Notes: generated by a model not told the origin, from the letters alone. Counted from the first letter of the stretch, positions 35,883 to 46,871 are shown. The stretch: 64,000 nt of DNA from Promethearchaeota archaeon (GCA_016839555.1 JAEOUA010000011.1:96001-160000), one strand, 5' to 3'. Translations and numbers: made by a program.

Positions 35883-37688
35883 TTGAGTGATCAAAAAGAA
35901 AACATCTGGATTTTAACATTTGAGTATGACGGAGTAATTAAGTTAGGTGGATTAGGCGAAGTAACGGCGAATCAGTCTAAAAATTTATCAGATGCGTTTA
36001 ATTTTACTGTATTTATTCCTTCCCATGGACAAACGGAAAGATTAACAAAACAGAGAAGTTTTCAAAAAATTTCTTTTATAAGTACGGGAAATGTTAATCT
36101 TGCTAATTTGGGGCTCCCCGAGACAAAAGGAGCTTACGAGATTAGTTATTATAAATTTAATTTCAATGGAATCAATATAATCCTTTTAAATGGAGAAAAT
36201 GACTTTTCAAAAAAATACTTAAATGATAAAAGTATTTATAATCCAGATACTTTCAATGGAAAACTACTTCTATATACTTTAGGAGTAAAATCTTTCATCA
36301 AAAATTTAATAAGTAAAGAAATGAAGGATTTACCAAAAGTAGTACATTTACATGATTATCATGTAGTTCCTCCATTTATAACTATTAAACAAGAATTTAT
36401 TAAGAATAAATTAGATGTTAGCTCAATCATTACAATCCATTTATTAACACGGCCTCGCTTTGAACTCGAATTTATAAAAGCATGCGGAATTGATGATACG
36501 CCTATTACAATTCGGCTCGAAAAGGGCATAAAGCGTATGGATATTAATCAAATCTACCAATTATGTCAAGAAAAAAGTTCGAATGGAGAGATACAGCCTC
36601 CTTTCATGGAGAAAATTGGTGCTTTAATAAGCGATTTAGTAATAACAGTAAGCGAATCATACCTTAAATCGTCTATTATACCGAAGCTGGGAGGAGATTT
36701 AATTCGTTTTAAAAGTGATTTTGTATGGAATGGATGTGATTGGGATTATTACGATATTTATGAAAATGTGATAAACTCTTTTGGAAAAGAAATTCGAGAT
36801 GTCTTAGATATTTCTGAAAGCTCAAGAATATCCAGAAAAGATTTAAAAAAATATTTATTAACCTATAAAATTGGTAATTTAGAAAGAAGTCCATTTATTA
36901 CCTCTGAAAAAGTATTAGATACAATAAATGAAATATCAGATGGCAATATATTTAAAAAAGATGGCACAATCACCCCATTTAAGGACTCTGGACCTCTTGC
37001 TATAGGAACTGGCAGAATTTCCAGGCAAAAAGGTTTTGATACGATTTTTAAAGCAATTCCCAGCATAATTGAAATCATTCCAAATGCGAAATTCTTACTA
37101 TTGATATTACCTACAGAATATAGTTTGAATGAGATAAAAGAATATGCGCAATATGTCAAAAAGTATAGTAGTAATCTTAGAATAGTTTTTGGCATCGCAC
37201 CAAGTATTTTTCATTTAGCACATATTAGTGCAGATGTGTATCTCGCCTTAAGCAGATGGGAGCCCTTCGGAATTATTGTTCTAGAGGCAATGGCATCAAA
37301 ATTACCCGTGATTGCAACGAAGGTTGGAGGGTTTCAAGAAACTATAATAGATTTAAGAGAGGATCCCGATAATGGAACCGGAGTATTATTACAAGAGGAT
37401 AATGTATCTCAATTCTCCAGTAGCGTAATCTCACTATTAAAAAGTGCCAAAATATCGGAAAATACTCAGTTAAATACTCAAAAAAAACTAAATATCATAG
37501 AAGAAATTCCTGATGAGAAAATTAAAAAGTTAGTTAAGAAAGATCCTCAATATTTTAATAGAGTAAGAGAAAATTGTTATATACGGGTAGATAATAATTT
37601 TAGATGGAAAAAAGTATCCCAAAAATTAAAACAATTATACTTTGGTTTAATAGAACTGAATAAAACTAAGTATAATGAAATAGATTAA
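35883..37688 (+). CDS. glgA: Glycogen/starch synthase (GT5)
   Basis: KLGGLG, HLHDYH, TVS, GRISRQKG, SRWEPFG. Confidence 0.88.
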   Translation: MSDQKENIWILTFEYDGVIKLGGLGEVTANQSKNLSDAFNFTVFIPSHGQTERLTKQRSFQKISFISTGNVNLANLGLPETKGAYEISYYKFNFNGINIILLNGENDFSKKYLNDKSIYNPDTFNGKLLLYTLGVKSFIKNLISKEMKDLPKVVHLHDYHVVPPFITIKQEFIKNKLDVSSIITIHLLTRPRFELEFIKACGIDDTPITIRLEKGIKRMDINQIYQLCQEKSSNGEIQPPFMEKIGALISDLVITVSESYLKSSIIPKLGGDLIRFKSDFVWNGCDWDYYDIYENVINSFGKEIRDVLDISESSRISRKDLKKYLLTYKIGNLERSPFITSEKVLDTINEISDGNIFKKDGTITPFKDSGPLAIGTGRISRQKGFDTIFKAIPSIIEIIPNAKFLLLILPTEYSLNEIKEYAQYVKKYSSNLRIVFGIAPSIFHLAHISADVYLALSRWEPFGIIVLEAMASKLPVIATKVGGFQETIIDLREDPDNGTGVLLQEDNVSQFSSSVISLLKSAKISENTQLNTQKKLNIIEEIPDEKIKKLVKKDPQYFNRVRENCYIRVDNNFRWKKVSQKLKQLYFGLIELNKTKYNEID

Positions 37689-37740
37689 GAAATTTTTAAA
37701 TAACACCCCCGCCATTTTCATATTCCAAAAAAATTAAGAA

Positions 37741-39714
37741 TTAATTATTCCAGAAAGGGAATAAGCTTTGTATAATTGCGTTTTTTTGATCGGGAATAAT
37801 CTCTATTTCTTTTTGGATCCAATCAGAAATCCAATTGTATTTTTGCTTAAATCGGGAGTCCATGAATATTATGGCTCCTTTATCTGTCAATTTTCGAATG
37901 GGGCGTCCTGAGGCTTGATTTGCTCGCTGAATAGCAGGATAGAGATAGGCAAAATTCCAACCTTGATTATTAAACACTTTATCATAATAATGAATTTTTG
38001 CTTCTGTTCTGGGAGTTGGAAGATGATAAGGGAATCCCGCAATAATCACAGAGTTCATCGTATCTCCTGGATAATCTTCTCCTTCGGAGTTTCTTCCTCC
38101 GCATACGCCTAATAAAACAGCTCCCGTATCAGGATTTTTTACCATTGATTTAAAATCTTCAACAAGTAGTGCATTTTCAGATGCAGATAACCCCGGTTCT
38201 TCAACAAAGAGCCTTTTATTATTTTTTAAGGCAATATCAGTGATTCCATTTTGAAGTAATGCTTTAAGTACTTTATATGAAGCACAAAAAATGCCCACAT
38301 TAGCAGGAGTGCAGTATAAAACTTCATCAATTTTTTTAATCATCTTTATAAACATAGTAGACGTTCTATTTTCTCTTTTGGTATCTACACCCTCAGTAAT
38401 AAGAGCTCTAATATTTCTTTTATCAAATGGTGATTCGGCTATAATTCCTTTATAAGATTTTCCACTTTGCATTAATCCCATTAAATTATTATATACATAT
38501 GGATTCACAGTCCCAGATAAATGGAGACTTGTATAGCATGATTTTAATATGGGGGTAGCGATTTCTCTTGGATCTAAGGCGATTATTTCCATAGAAATGG
38601 ATTTTTTATTTTTATTAGTAGTTCGAAGTGTATAACAGAAAAAATATTTTTCTAAGGGATATGTTTTTATCCATTTTATCCAAAATTCTGATAAAGAGCC
38701 AAGATAATCATGGGCAAATTCGCCGTTAGCTACTTTTTCTTCATGAATTGCGACGCTAAATTCATAGAGGTCATTGATTAAATTATCAAATTGATTTAAA
38801 TCTGAATATCCTAATTTTAAAATAATAGAATTTAAAATCTTTTCAGGATTTATTGCTTTCTCTGCTACATTTAGAGAACTTTTTTTGTTTTCTAAATTTT
38901 GTTGCAAAATTTTAATAAAATTCTGCATAATAACTGGAGATCTATACTTTTCAAGATCTCGCAAACATAAATTCAATAAATAAGGAGATAGCCTTAAAGA
39001 ATTTACTTCTGTTGCTACATCTATAATGTTATGGCATTCATCTAGAACTAAGATACAATTCTGTAGCTCTTTTCCAATAAAATTTAAGAAAGAATGACGG
39101 ATAAAGGGATTGAATATCCATTGATAATTACATATAATTATTCTCATTTCTGGTAATAAAAATTTACTCAAGAAATAAGGACATAATTTTTGATCTATGC
39201 ATAGATCTATGAGGATATCGGCATCAACAGGTTGATTTAAAATTTCTGGAGAAATTAAGGTCGGATTTTCAACTTTGTTTCTTTTTTTCAGCAAGTTAAT
39301 GAAATGGGCACAATTTTTATTTTTCCTTAAATCTTTACAAATAGACATTGCTTCTCGTGGATCGGGATTCAAATCTTTGAGAATTTTATTAAGACACATC
39401 TCATTTCTCCCTCGAATCGAAAGCCCGTTAATTTTAATATCTTCGAGATTTTTTGATATGGAACTTGAGATTTTCATTAATTCTTTAATTACTCGAGCAT
39501 TCTGCGAATGGGTTCTGCATAAATATAGAATTTTGAGATCATTTTCTATAGCGACAGGAAGCAATGCGCTTAAAGCAATTATAGTTTTTCCTGTACCGTT
39601 AGGTGCAGATAACAAAATATTATTTCTTTTTCTAGCACTTTCTTCTATTTGCTCTATAATCTTTTCCTGTGATTCTCTATACTGGTGATATGGAAAGAAT
39701 TTTTTATAATTCAT
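37741..39714 (-). CDS. xpd: XPD/Rad3-family Fe-S DNA helicase
   Basis: APNGTGKT, RTHSQ, Fe-S Cys residues, DECHN, SGT, SEG, QASGRPIR. Confidence 0.9.
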   Translation of the reverse strand: MNYKKFFPYHQYRESQEKIIEQIEESARKRNNILLSAPNGTGKTIIALSALLPVAIENDLKILYLCRTHSQNARVIKELMKISSSISKNLEDIKINGLSIRGRNEMCLNKILKDLNPDPREAMSICKDLRKNKNCAHFINLLKKRNKVENPTLISPEILNQPVDADILIDLCIDQKLCPYFLSKFLLPEMRIIICNYQWIFNPFIRHSFLNFIGKELQNCILVLDECHNIIDVATEVNSLRLSPYLLNLCLRDLEKYRSPVIMQNFIKILQQNLENKKSSLNVAEKAINPEKILNSIILKLGYSDLNQFDNLINDLYEFSVAIHEEKVANGEFAHDYLGSLSEFWIKWIKTYPLEKYFFCYTLRTTNKNKKSISMEIIALDPREIATPILKSCYTSLHLSGTVNPYVYNNLMGLMQSGKSYKGIIAESPFDKRNIRALITEGVDTKRENRTSTMFIKMIKKIDEVLYCTPANVGIFCASYKVLKALLQNGITDIALKNNKRLFVEEPGLSASENALLVEDFKSMVKNPDTGAVLLGVCGGRNSEGEDYPGDTMNSVIIAGFPYHLPTPRTEAKIHYYDKVFNNQGWNFAYLYPAIQRANQASGRPIRKLTDKGAIIFMDSRFKQKYNWISDWIQKEIEIIPDQKNAIIQSLFPFWNN

Positions 39715-39832
39715 TCTTATTAAAAATCAAAGTGAATGATTCAAGGTAAATTTTTATATTAGTATGTTAATCCTATTAAAATTTAATTTCAATCGGAAAT
39801 TTTATACTTAAATAATAAGAAAAAATATTACT

Positions 39833-40744
39833 ATGAGTGAAGATCATTATTTAACAATACGACAGTTGTTTTCGGAAAGCGTTATTATAAACCTAATTGT
39901 ATTTGCAGTGTTATTTATATTCACACTTGGACAAGAATGGAATAATATTTTCCTTTTTTTATTTCCTATTATTACATTTTCCTTTTCCTTGTTTTTTAAA
40001 TTAATAGATGTGAATAAATGGAGGACCAAATTTAAGGAAAGTCCTATTGTTTACAATCCTCTTGGTTCAGAGAAAAAAATTGCAAATCGATTTAATTTTT
40101 CCGCAATTTTACAAATGGTTTTTTTGTTTTGGATTGGTGCTGAATCTTTTTATCACCCCCAACTTATTGATGATTATGGATTCTATTTTAATTTAATCTT
40201 CCTATTTCTCTATAGTTTTGTATATTTTTGGATGTTTATGGATATTTGGAAATATAGTCATATTAAGATCTCATATAAAGAAAAAAAGGATAAAACTTTA
40301 GAAACAATTAAAAGCTATGAAAAGATAATTAAATTTTTGAATGTCAAGAATTTTCGAATAATTTCATATATTAATCTCTCTATTTTCTTAATTCTAAATG
40401 GATTGAATCTTTATTTTACATGGTTCACTTATAAAGGAAATATCACTGGAATCTATCTTGAATTACCCGGTACAGCACTTGAGTTTTCACAATCTCTTCT
40501 GATCTCCTATATATTTCTTCCGATATTAATAATCTCTCCAATATTTTTTGTTATGTTGTTATATTTAATTTATAAAGATATTAATAGCTTAACTGAGGAA
40601 AATCTAAAAGATGCTCTTAATGGGCTATCTAAAAACGAGAGATCTCTGGTATTAAAGAATTTTGTTTCTCTAAATAAAAAATTATTGGAAAAAATAAATA
40701 TAAATCAATTACTTGAAAGATTGGAAGGAAAGACTAATTCTTAA
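39833..40744 (+). CDS. Polytopic membrane protein
   Basis: About 6 TM segments. Confidence 0.7.
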   Translation: MSEDHYLTIRQLFSESVIINLIVFAVLFIFTLGQEWNNIFLFLFPIITFSFSLFFKLIDVNKWRTKFKESPIVYNPLGSEKKIANRFNFSAILQMVFLFWIGAESFYHPQLIDDYGFYFNLIFLFLYSFVYFWMFMDIWKYSHIKISYKEKKDKTLETIKSYEKIIKFLNVKNFRIISYINLSIFLILNGLNLYFTWFTYKGNITGIYLELPGTALEFSQSLLISYIFLPILIISPIFFVMLLYLIYKDINSLTEENLKDALNGLSKNERSLVLKNFVSLNKKLLEKININQLLERLEGKTNS

Positions 40745-41028
40745 TAATATATTAAAGTTATATTATTGAAGATATATAATTTTGCTGTTTCTATTTTTAA
40801 TTTATTTTTTCAGCAGTAAATCAATTTCATTTGATCAGCTAGCCAATATCGATGAGAGCAATTAATTTAAATGAATATGAGGATTAGGATATAAATTAAG
40901 AAAAAAAATTAATATATTATTTTTTATGATATTATTATAGTATTTATTAAAATATACACTTCTGTTTGGTTTTTCGAATTATATATTATTATTTCAGAAA
41001 AAAAAATAATCTGCTTTATTAATAATAT

Positions 41029-41361
41029 CTAATTAGATTGGAGGTTAAAACTATAGCATTCCGAATCCACGTTGATTTTTCCTGCTTTATTGTTGATATC
41101 TCTCATAGCATTAATTGTAATAATTTTCGGATCGTGAGTGATATCGTGGACTTTATACGTGTGGAGAAAATACTTCAATTGTTTTACCTTTGTATTGTTA
41201 TCGAATGAGAGCGCATTTAACATTTCCAGATACACATTAAGTTCTTTAATAAAGCGTTCCCCTGTAAAATCATCTAATAGAATAGTCTCGCTTCTAAAAT
41301 GATTCTCATCGCAGCCATTAATTTTTTCAAAATTTATCTTAATTTTATACGTCATAAGCAA
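41029..41361 (-). CDS. Hypothetical protein
   Basis: 110-aa ORF with a perfect copy of the promoter motif upstream. Confidence 0.6.
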   Translation of the reverse strand: MLMTYKIKINFEKINGCDENHFRSETILLDDFTGERFIKELNVYLEMLNALSFDNNTKVKQLKYFLHTYKVHDITHDPKIITINAMRDINNKAGKINVDSECYSFNLQSN

Positions 41362-41385
41362 TCTAAGCTAATAATCTGACATTTC

Positions 41386-41400
41386 TATTTAAAGAAAAAA
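41386..41400 (-). promoter_or_regulatory. T-rich-BRE/TATA motif TTTTTTCTTTAAATA
   Basis: 24 nt upstream of the start at 41361. Confidence 0.55.
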
Positions 41401-41524
41401 TTAGTAAAAAAAAGAGGGATTTTTAACTCTTATTTAAATAAATTTTTTTTAGTTTGAAAAGTCACACAACTTTTATAGAATACTTAACTACCTAAACTAA
41501 AATATTTTAAAAATTGAACTTAAA

Positions 41525-42460
41525 ATGAAAGTTGAAAAATCAAGTCAAGACTTAGAGAATGAAGTGATATACGCAGGATTGTGTATCCATTGTGGGAGTT
41601 GTAATGCCTTCTGTCCACATATGGATTTTAATAAGGAAACGGGTGAAGCTTATGTTGTTGATGAGTGCGCAGAAACGATAGGATTGTGTTATAATGCCTG
41701 TCCACGCAGTTTTTTACCTATTGAAGAAATTGAACAAAAATTATTTGGAACTAAACGTGTGGATACAGCTGTTGGTGTATATAAGGATATAATTCAAGTG
41801 AAATCGAAGAAAGATGACATTTTATATGATTTAGTAAAAGCTGCTTTTGATAAAGGTATTATAGAACATATAGTGCTCAGTGAAGTACACAGTAAAAAAA
41901 CCCCAGTCGCGTTCCCAGTTGTCGTGGATAATGCGAAAGATGCTAAAAAATATATTCCGAAGAGCACCATCGAAAATGCAGGACCTTTGATCACTGGAAT
42001 TGGTAAAGCATATTTAGATCAAAAAAAGAATGTGGGAATTATTGGAAATCCTTGCCATCTGCAGGGTTTAGGCAAGATTTTAACAAATGATTTTAACACA
42101 GGAACAAGGGAAACTGTTTCTTTAAAAATTGCGTATGCATGCTCATCTGGCGGAATGGATGGATGTAAATATTGTACGGATTTTTCTGGAGAATTCTCTG
42201 ATATCTCTTATTCTCCATGGGGAGCACCTAAAGGTGAAGCACTTTTAATCATCAGAACGGATTTGGGTAAAAAAGTTGTAGATGCAGCAATTGCGAACAA
42301 ATCATTAACTGTAACGGAAAAAAATCCAGATCTTAGTGAGATGAAGAAATTCTTAAATAAGAAGCGTAAGAAAAACTTTAGAACACTCATCGGAGATGCA
42401 ATAATTAATACCAAGTATCTACAGTTAAATTTAGAACAATTAAAAGATCTTATTGAATAA
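41525..42460 (+). CDS. F420 hydrogenase/dehydrogenase beta subunit (FrhB/FdhB family)
   Basis: CIHCGSCNAFCP, CYNACP, GNPCH, GCKYCTDF..EFSDIS, IIRTDLG. Confidence 0.85.
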   Translation: MKVEKSSQDLENEVIYAGLCIHCGSCNAFCPHMDFNKETGEAYVVDECAETIGLCYNACPRSFLPIEEIEQKLFGTKRVDTAVGVYKDIIQVKSKKDDILYDLVKAAFDKGIIEHIVLSEVHSKKTPVAFPVVVDNAKDAKKYIPKSTIENAGPLITGIGKAYLDQKKNVGIIGNPCHLQGLGKILTNDFNTGTRETVSLKIAYACSSGGMDGCKYCTDFSGEFSDISYSPWGAPKGEALLIIRTDLGKKVVDAAIANKSLTVTEKNPDLSEMKKFLNKKRKKNFRTLIGDAIINTKYLQLNLEQLKDLIE

Positions 42461-42815
42461 GAGATCCTTTATATTTATTATTTTATTTCGTTTTCTTCTT
42501 TTTATTCATTAATGAAATGTATTTAAATTCATTTTATATCCATTTTTCATAAATAATTTAATAATCTTATTTTTATTTTCAAAGCTCATATTTTAAATAT
42601 GATGGAATACATTATTTGATCTAACAATTTTGGAAAAATTTTGTAAAATAATTTTTCCCTTCAACCATATAAATCGGACCCAGATTTGTGGGAAAATTTT
42701 CCCCCCAAAACGCAGTCTGGATTAATATAATATAATAGTTAGAAATAAATACAAAAATTTTTATATAAGTCATAACAATAATATTTATAAATTATTATTG
42801 AAAATATTTTGACAA

Positions 42816-42874
42816 TAATTGGAAGGGGGGAGGGCATTGATTAAAAGAACTACGTTCCCTCTTCTTCTTAATTA
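42816..42874 (+). promoter_or_regulatory. Putative G-U-rich 5' UTR hairpin of tfb
   Basis: GGAAGGGGGGAGGGC can pair with GTTCCCTCTTCTTCT; lies between TATA-like 42782-42791 and ATG 42918. Confidence 0.4.
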
Positions 42875-42917
42875 TAAAAAAATATACATATAAAAAAAAG
42901 AAAAAAAGTGAAGAAAA

Positions 42918-43871
42918 ATGTCAGAGAATTATAGAGAAAGGCTTCGAAGGAAGAATCTATGTGAAACTGATGCAGATTTAGGAAATCTGGAATGTTGTGA
43001 TAATCCATGTATTGAGCGAAGAGACGGTAATGCAGTTTGTATTAACTGCGGAATGGTCTACGGAAAGAATATCGTAAAAAATGAAAGGAGAGCGTATACA
43101 GCACAAGAAGTAGAGAGTCGAAGACAAACAGAGCCTCGTTGGAGAGGGTTTGGACCGCGAACTATTTTGCCAAATGATAATGTAGATTCAAAAGGCAATA
43201 AATTAAACGTAAAAGATAAGACACTCTTTTCCAGATTATCAAAGATTCAGCAATCATTAATTTCCAGCATCGAAAGAAATTTCTGGGAAGCGAAACCAAA
43301 ATTGAAAATGCTTATTTCCAAATTAAACATTCCAGAATATATCGAAGAGACTGCCTGGAGGATTTATACGGAAGTAGCGAAAAGAAAATTGACCATGGGA
43401 CGCTCTATTGATGGATTCATCGGTGCCTCACTGTATGCGGCCATCCGAATTCATGAATTTCCTAGATTACTTGAAGAAGTAAGTGATGCGTCTATGACAA
43501 GTAGACACACAATAATCAGATCGCTGGGTATGATCATTAAACAAATTTTGCCTGATTTAAACTTGAAATATCGCCCAATAACCAGTGAACAATTGATTTT
43601 TAGATTCGGAAATGATTTAGGATTACCATTAAACACACAAAAAGAAGCGTTAAATTTATTGCGAAACTCTTCTACGGGAGGACTTAACCGAATTGGAAAG
43701 GATCCAAAAGGGTTTGCTGCCTCCGTGTTGTATATGGCTGCAAAGAAAACAAATGAACGTAAAACACAAGCGGAAGTATCGGAAGTAGCTGGGATAACAG
43801 AAGTTACTTTAAGATCACGTGTTAAAGACATTAAAACTGGATTAAAGAAGCAATCTTTAAAAAATAGTTAA
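42918..43871 (+). CDS. tfb: Transcription factor B (canonical-type recognition helix)
   Basis: Zn ribbon, ERRAY B-reader, ERN, GRSID, GKDPKGFAA, TQAEVSEVAGITEVTLRSRVK. Confidence 0.95.
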   Translation: MSENYRERLRRKNLCETDADLGNLECCDNPCIERRDGNAVCINCGMVYGKNIVKNERRAYTAQEVESRRQTEPRWRGFGPRTILPNDNVDSKGNKLNVKDKTLFSRLSKIQQSLISSIERNFWEAKPKLKMLISKLNIPEYIEETAWRIYTEVAKRKLTMGRSIDGFIGASLYAAIRIHEFPRLLEEVSDASMTSRHTIIRSLGMIIKQILPDLNLKYRPITSEQLIFRFGNDLGLPLNTQKEALNLLRNSSTGGLNRIGKDPKGFAASVLYMAAKKTNERKTQAEVSEVAGITEVTLRSRVKDIKTGLKKQSLKNS

Positions 43872-44076
43872 AAATCCTTAAATTTTTTAACATTTAATCC
43901 TTAAATCGTTCGAAATTTGAACAAATATAATTTGTATTAGTTTTTATATAGTATTTTTCCTTTTGAAGTTATGAAGTAAGAAATTTTTTAAATATTATTC
44001 TTTTTGAAAGAAGTTAGAATATCTTACAGATATTTTAGCATTCTGTTTTTTTATTTTTTATAAATCTTATCTATTT

Positions 44077-44361
44077 TTAGTCATCAAGAAACCTGCCACA
44101 GGTATCTTCTAAATGTTTAATGAGATGATCTCTATCTTTCCAAATAATCCACGAATTCCCTAATTTCTCGAAGTGAAATCCCTCGTATTGTTCCTTTTTT
44201 AATTTTGTTAATAATTTCTTAATATATGTCCAAGATAATCCGGTATCATCAACTATTGTTGAGATATCTACTGGTTTATTTACTTTTAACTCTTTATTTA
44301 TATATTTAACAAGTCTTTCAAATGCAGGTGTTGGTGAGGTATCCTCCTTTTCGGATGTAAT
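44077..44361 (-). CDS. Winged-helix protein of about 94 aa with probable ATT start (not in the ORF track)
   Basis: Open frame TSEKEDTSPTPAFERLVKYINKELKVNKPVDISTIVDDTGLSWTYIKKLL...FHFEKLGNSWIIW...FLDD; GGTGA SD at 44373-44369; no ATG/GTG/TTG in frame. Confidence 0.7.
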   Translation of the reverse strand: MTSEKEDTSPTPAFERLVKYINKELKVNKPVDISTIVDDTGLSWTYIKKLLTKLKKEQYEGFHFEKLGNSWIIWKDRDHLIKHLEDTCGRFLDD

Positions 44362-44473
44362 AATTTTATCACCTTTAGATAAATTGGTAGAAAAGAGTCT
44401 TTTTTCTCATTATGTAAAAAAGATTAATATTTAATATAGGTTTTTATCTTTTATTTGAAATAGTAATAAAGGA

Positions 44474-45655
44474 TTATTTCATTTCTAAAAACTCTCCTGA
44501 TATTAACAATTTACAGGGTTTAAGATACGATAATCCTGATGTTTCAGAAAAGTTTTCCAATAATTGAGCCCATTCTTTATAGTGCCTCTTCCCAACACTA
44601 AAAGGTCCAGGCATATTCATGGCGGCAATAACTGCTTTATCAATTTCTTTATAGCTATTAATAACATTCTCCTCCAATAATCTACAGGCCTCATTTAATT
44701 GAATTGCCATAAATATTTCAAGATTAAATAATCCCGCCTTTTCGGGCAGATCCATTTTAGGTTTTTCTTTTTCTGTCCATTCATAAAAACCTTTTCCTGA
44801 TTTTCTCCCCAATTTTTCTCCCTCTACAAAGTTTTTAAGCGTTTCGGCAGGAGTAAAATCCTTGGAAAGTTTTTCAGCAAAATAATTAAAACTGTCATAG
44901 ATTACATCCAGCCCTAAATAATCCCATTTGGCATACGGTCCCAAGCCTCCTTGTAAAGAAACAACATCAGCATCAATTTGTTTGTAGGAGATTCCTTTTC
45001 TTTTGCATTCTTTTAACAACCAATTAAGATAAATGCTCCCCGCAGCAGTTATTCTATTTATAACAAAACCGGGGGTTTCTTTTTCAATTTTAATTATCAT
45101 TCTCTCTCCCTTCAGACAAGGTAAGGAATTTAGAAATTTTTCTCCAATTTTTACAGTCTCATTTGATGTTTTTTCTCCTTTAATAAGCTCTATAGCTCTT
45201 AATATGATAATGGGAATAAAAAAATGCATCCCTATTACTTTATCGGGCTTTTCTGATTTTGAAGCGATTTCCGTTATGGGCATATTGGATGTATTAGATG
45301 CAAGGATAGTATGATTTGGAGTTATTTGAGATAATTTCCTGAATAAATCCTGTTTGAGCTTCATATTTTCTGGAATTGCTTCAATAATAAAATCGGCTTT
45401 CTCTACCGCTTGATTGATATGTTCTGTTTTTTCTAGATTCTTAAAAAGGTCATCTGCAGAAGCACCTAGAGACAATTGATTTTTTTTCTCAAGCGCTAAT
45501 ATATTATTTCTAATAAATTCTTCAGCATTTTCTACTTTATTTTTATCAATATCATATAGATTGACTTGATATCCTCCCATTAAAACAACTTGAGCTATTT
45601 CTCGTCCCATAATTCCATTACCAACAACTGTTACCCTTCGAATTTTATTTGTCAT
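44474..45655 (-). CDS. 3-hydroxyacyl-CoA dehydrogenase
   Basis: VVGNGIMG, IEAIPE, ASNTS, GMHFF, PGFVINR, GRKSGKGFY. Confidence 0.93.
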   Translation of the reverse strand: MTNKIRRVTVVGNGIMGREIAQVVLMGGYQVNLYDIDKNKVENAEEFIRNNILALEKKNQLSLGASADDLFKNLEKTEHINQAVEKADFIIEAIPENMKLKQDLFRKLSQITPNHTILASNTSNMPITEIASKSEKPDKVIGMHFFIPIIILRAIELIKGEKTSNETVKIGEKFLNSLPCLKGERMIIKIEKETPGFVINRITAAGSIYLNWLLKECKRKGISYKQIDADVVSLQGGLGPYAKWDYLGLDVIYDSFNYFAEKLSKDFTPAETLKNFVEGEKLGRKSGKGFYEWTEKEKPKMDLPEKAGLFNLEIFMAIQLNEACRLLEENVINSYKEIDKAVIAAMNMPGPFSVGKRHYKEWAQLLENFSETSGLSYLKPCKLLISGEFLEMK

Positions 45656-45677
45656 TTCTAAATTAATCTCATTTAGC

Positions 45678-46871
45678 TTATTTATTATTTAAATCAGAAA
45701 TAGTAGCGACGGTTGCTTTTGTTATTTTTGCAAGGAAATTAAAATCTAATTTTTCTATGGTATCTGCTTGCGTATGATAAAACGGGAATCGAAAATTGGC
45801 TGTATCTGTGAAAAATAATCCGGGAATATTTTCCTTCCAGAAAGGTCCATGATCTGATCGTAATAGATCTGGAAAAATGCTTGCAATTTGCTGATATCCG
45901 ATGTTAAAATGAGCGTATGCATAAGGAAGGTCTATCATTTCATTAGATGCATTCTGAGAGAAGGCTTCAATTATTTCATCAGAGCCTTTTGAAGCAATAA
46001 TAGTAATAAAATCCCCGATCATTTTATCAAAATCAACTTTATGGGTTTTAAAAATGCTTCTAAGTATTCTCGGAGACATTGAGGCAGGAAACCACTGACT
46101 ATTCCGTTTTTGGTTTGTATAGGCAATTGTATCAAAACATAATATACCTTTTATTTCTTTTTTGTTTTCAAGAGCTTCTTTTAACCATATTTCGCTGCCT
46201 ATAGTATAATAATCTTTTCCTTTTTTATCTATATCACCAAAAAAATCGTCACAGAATTTAAAATATGTTTGAACCTTAGGAGGAGTTTCTAAATTTATTT
46301 TTTTTATTGCCTCTTGATGAGACTTAATATAGGATTGACCCTCATTCCTAAAAGAATTAAAAAGATCATTGTATTTACTCATAAATTCGTGAATTTTTAA
46401 TGATAAATATCTATTATTTTTATTCGTTATCCCAAGTTGCTTTGCTTTTTTCTTACATTTTAATTCTATATAGGGATCTCCTTCTTCTAATGAAAAGCTT
46501 ATAAAACGTATATTATATTCCTTTTTTTTCTGAGCTAAAACTCTAGCGCATTCCAGCATTAAAGCAATACCTGAGGCATTATCATTAGCTCCAGGGCAAT
46601 TTGCAACAGTATCATAATGAGAGAGAATTAATAGTTCTGGCTGCAAGTCATTCCCAATATATCCTTCTATATTTCTAAATGCTTCATCAAATCCTTGAAT
46701 ATTAAATTCCTGTTGATTTGTTGATAAGCCAAATTTATTAAATTCTGCTATAATATAATCCGCCGCATTATTTAATTTATCTAAATTTTTAATTGGATGC
46801 CTTGGTCCCTCTAATTTTAAAATATGTTCGTAAAGAATTTTAGGATTGACTTTATTAATTAGATTTTCCAT
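45678..46871 (-). CDS. M28-family peptidase
   Basis: SHYDTV, PGANDNASG, EE, SDH, YHT..D. Confidence 0.88.
   Translation of the reverse strand: MENLINKVNPKILYEHILKLEGPRHPIKNLDKLNNAADYIIAEFNKFGLSTNQQEFNIQGFDEAFRNIEGYIGNDLQPELLILSHYDTVANCPGANDNASGIALMLECARVLAQKKKEYNIRFISFSLEEGDPYIELKCKKKAKQLGITNKNNRYLSLKIHEFMSKYNDLFNSFRNEGQSYIKSHQEAIKKINLETPPKVQTYFKFCDDFFGDIDKKGKDYYTIGSEIWLKEALENKKEIKGILCFDTIAYTNQKRNSQWFPASMSPRILRSIFKTHKVDFDKMIGDFITIIASKGSDEIIEAFSQNASNEMIDLPYAYAHFNIGYQQIASIFPDLLRSDHGPFWKENIPGLFFTDTANFRFPFYHTQADTIEKLDFNFLAKITKATVATISDLNNK

Noticed and set aside
37741-39714. XPD (and the RecJ/GAN-like gene at 54277) as part of the recombination cluster
   Set aside because: They have canonical motifs, lie among housekeeping genes, and lack a clear T-rich promoter motif.
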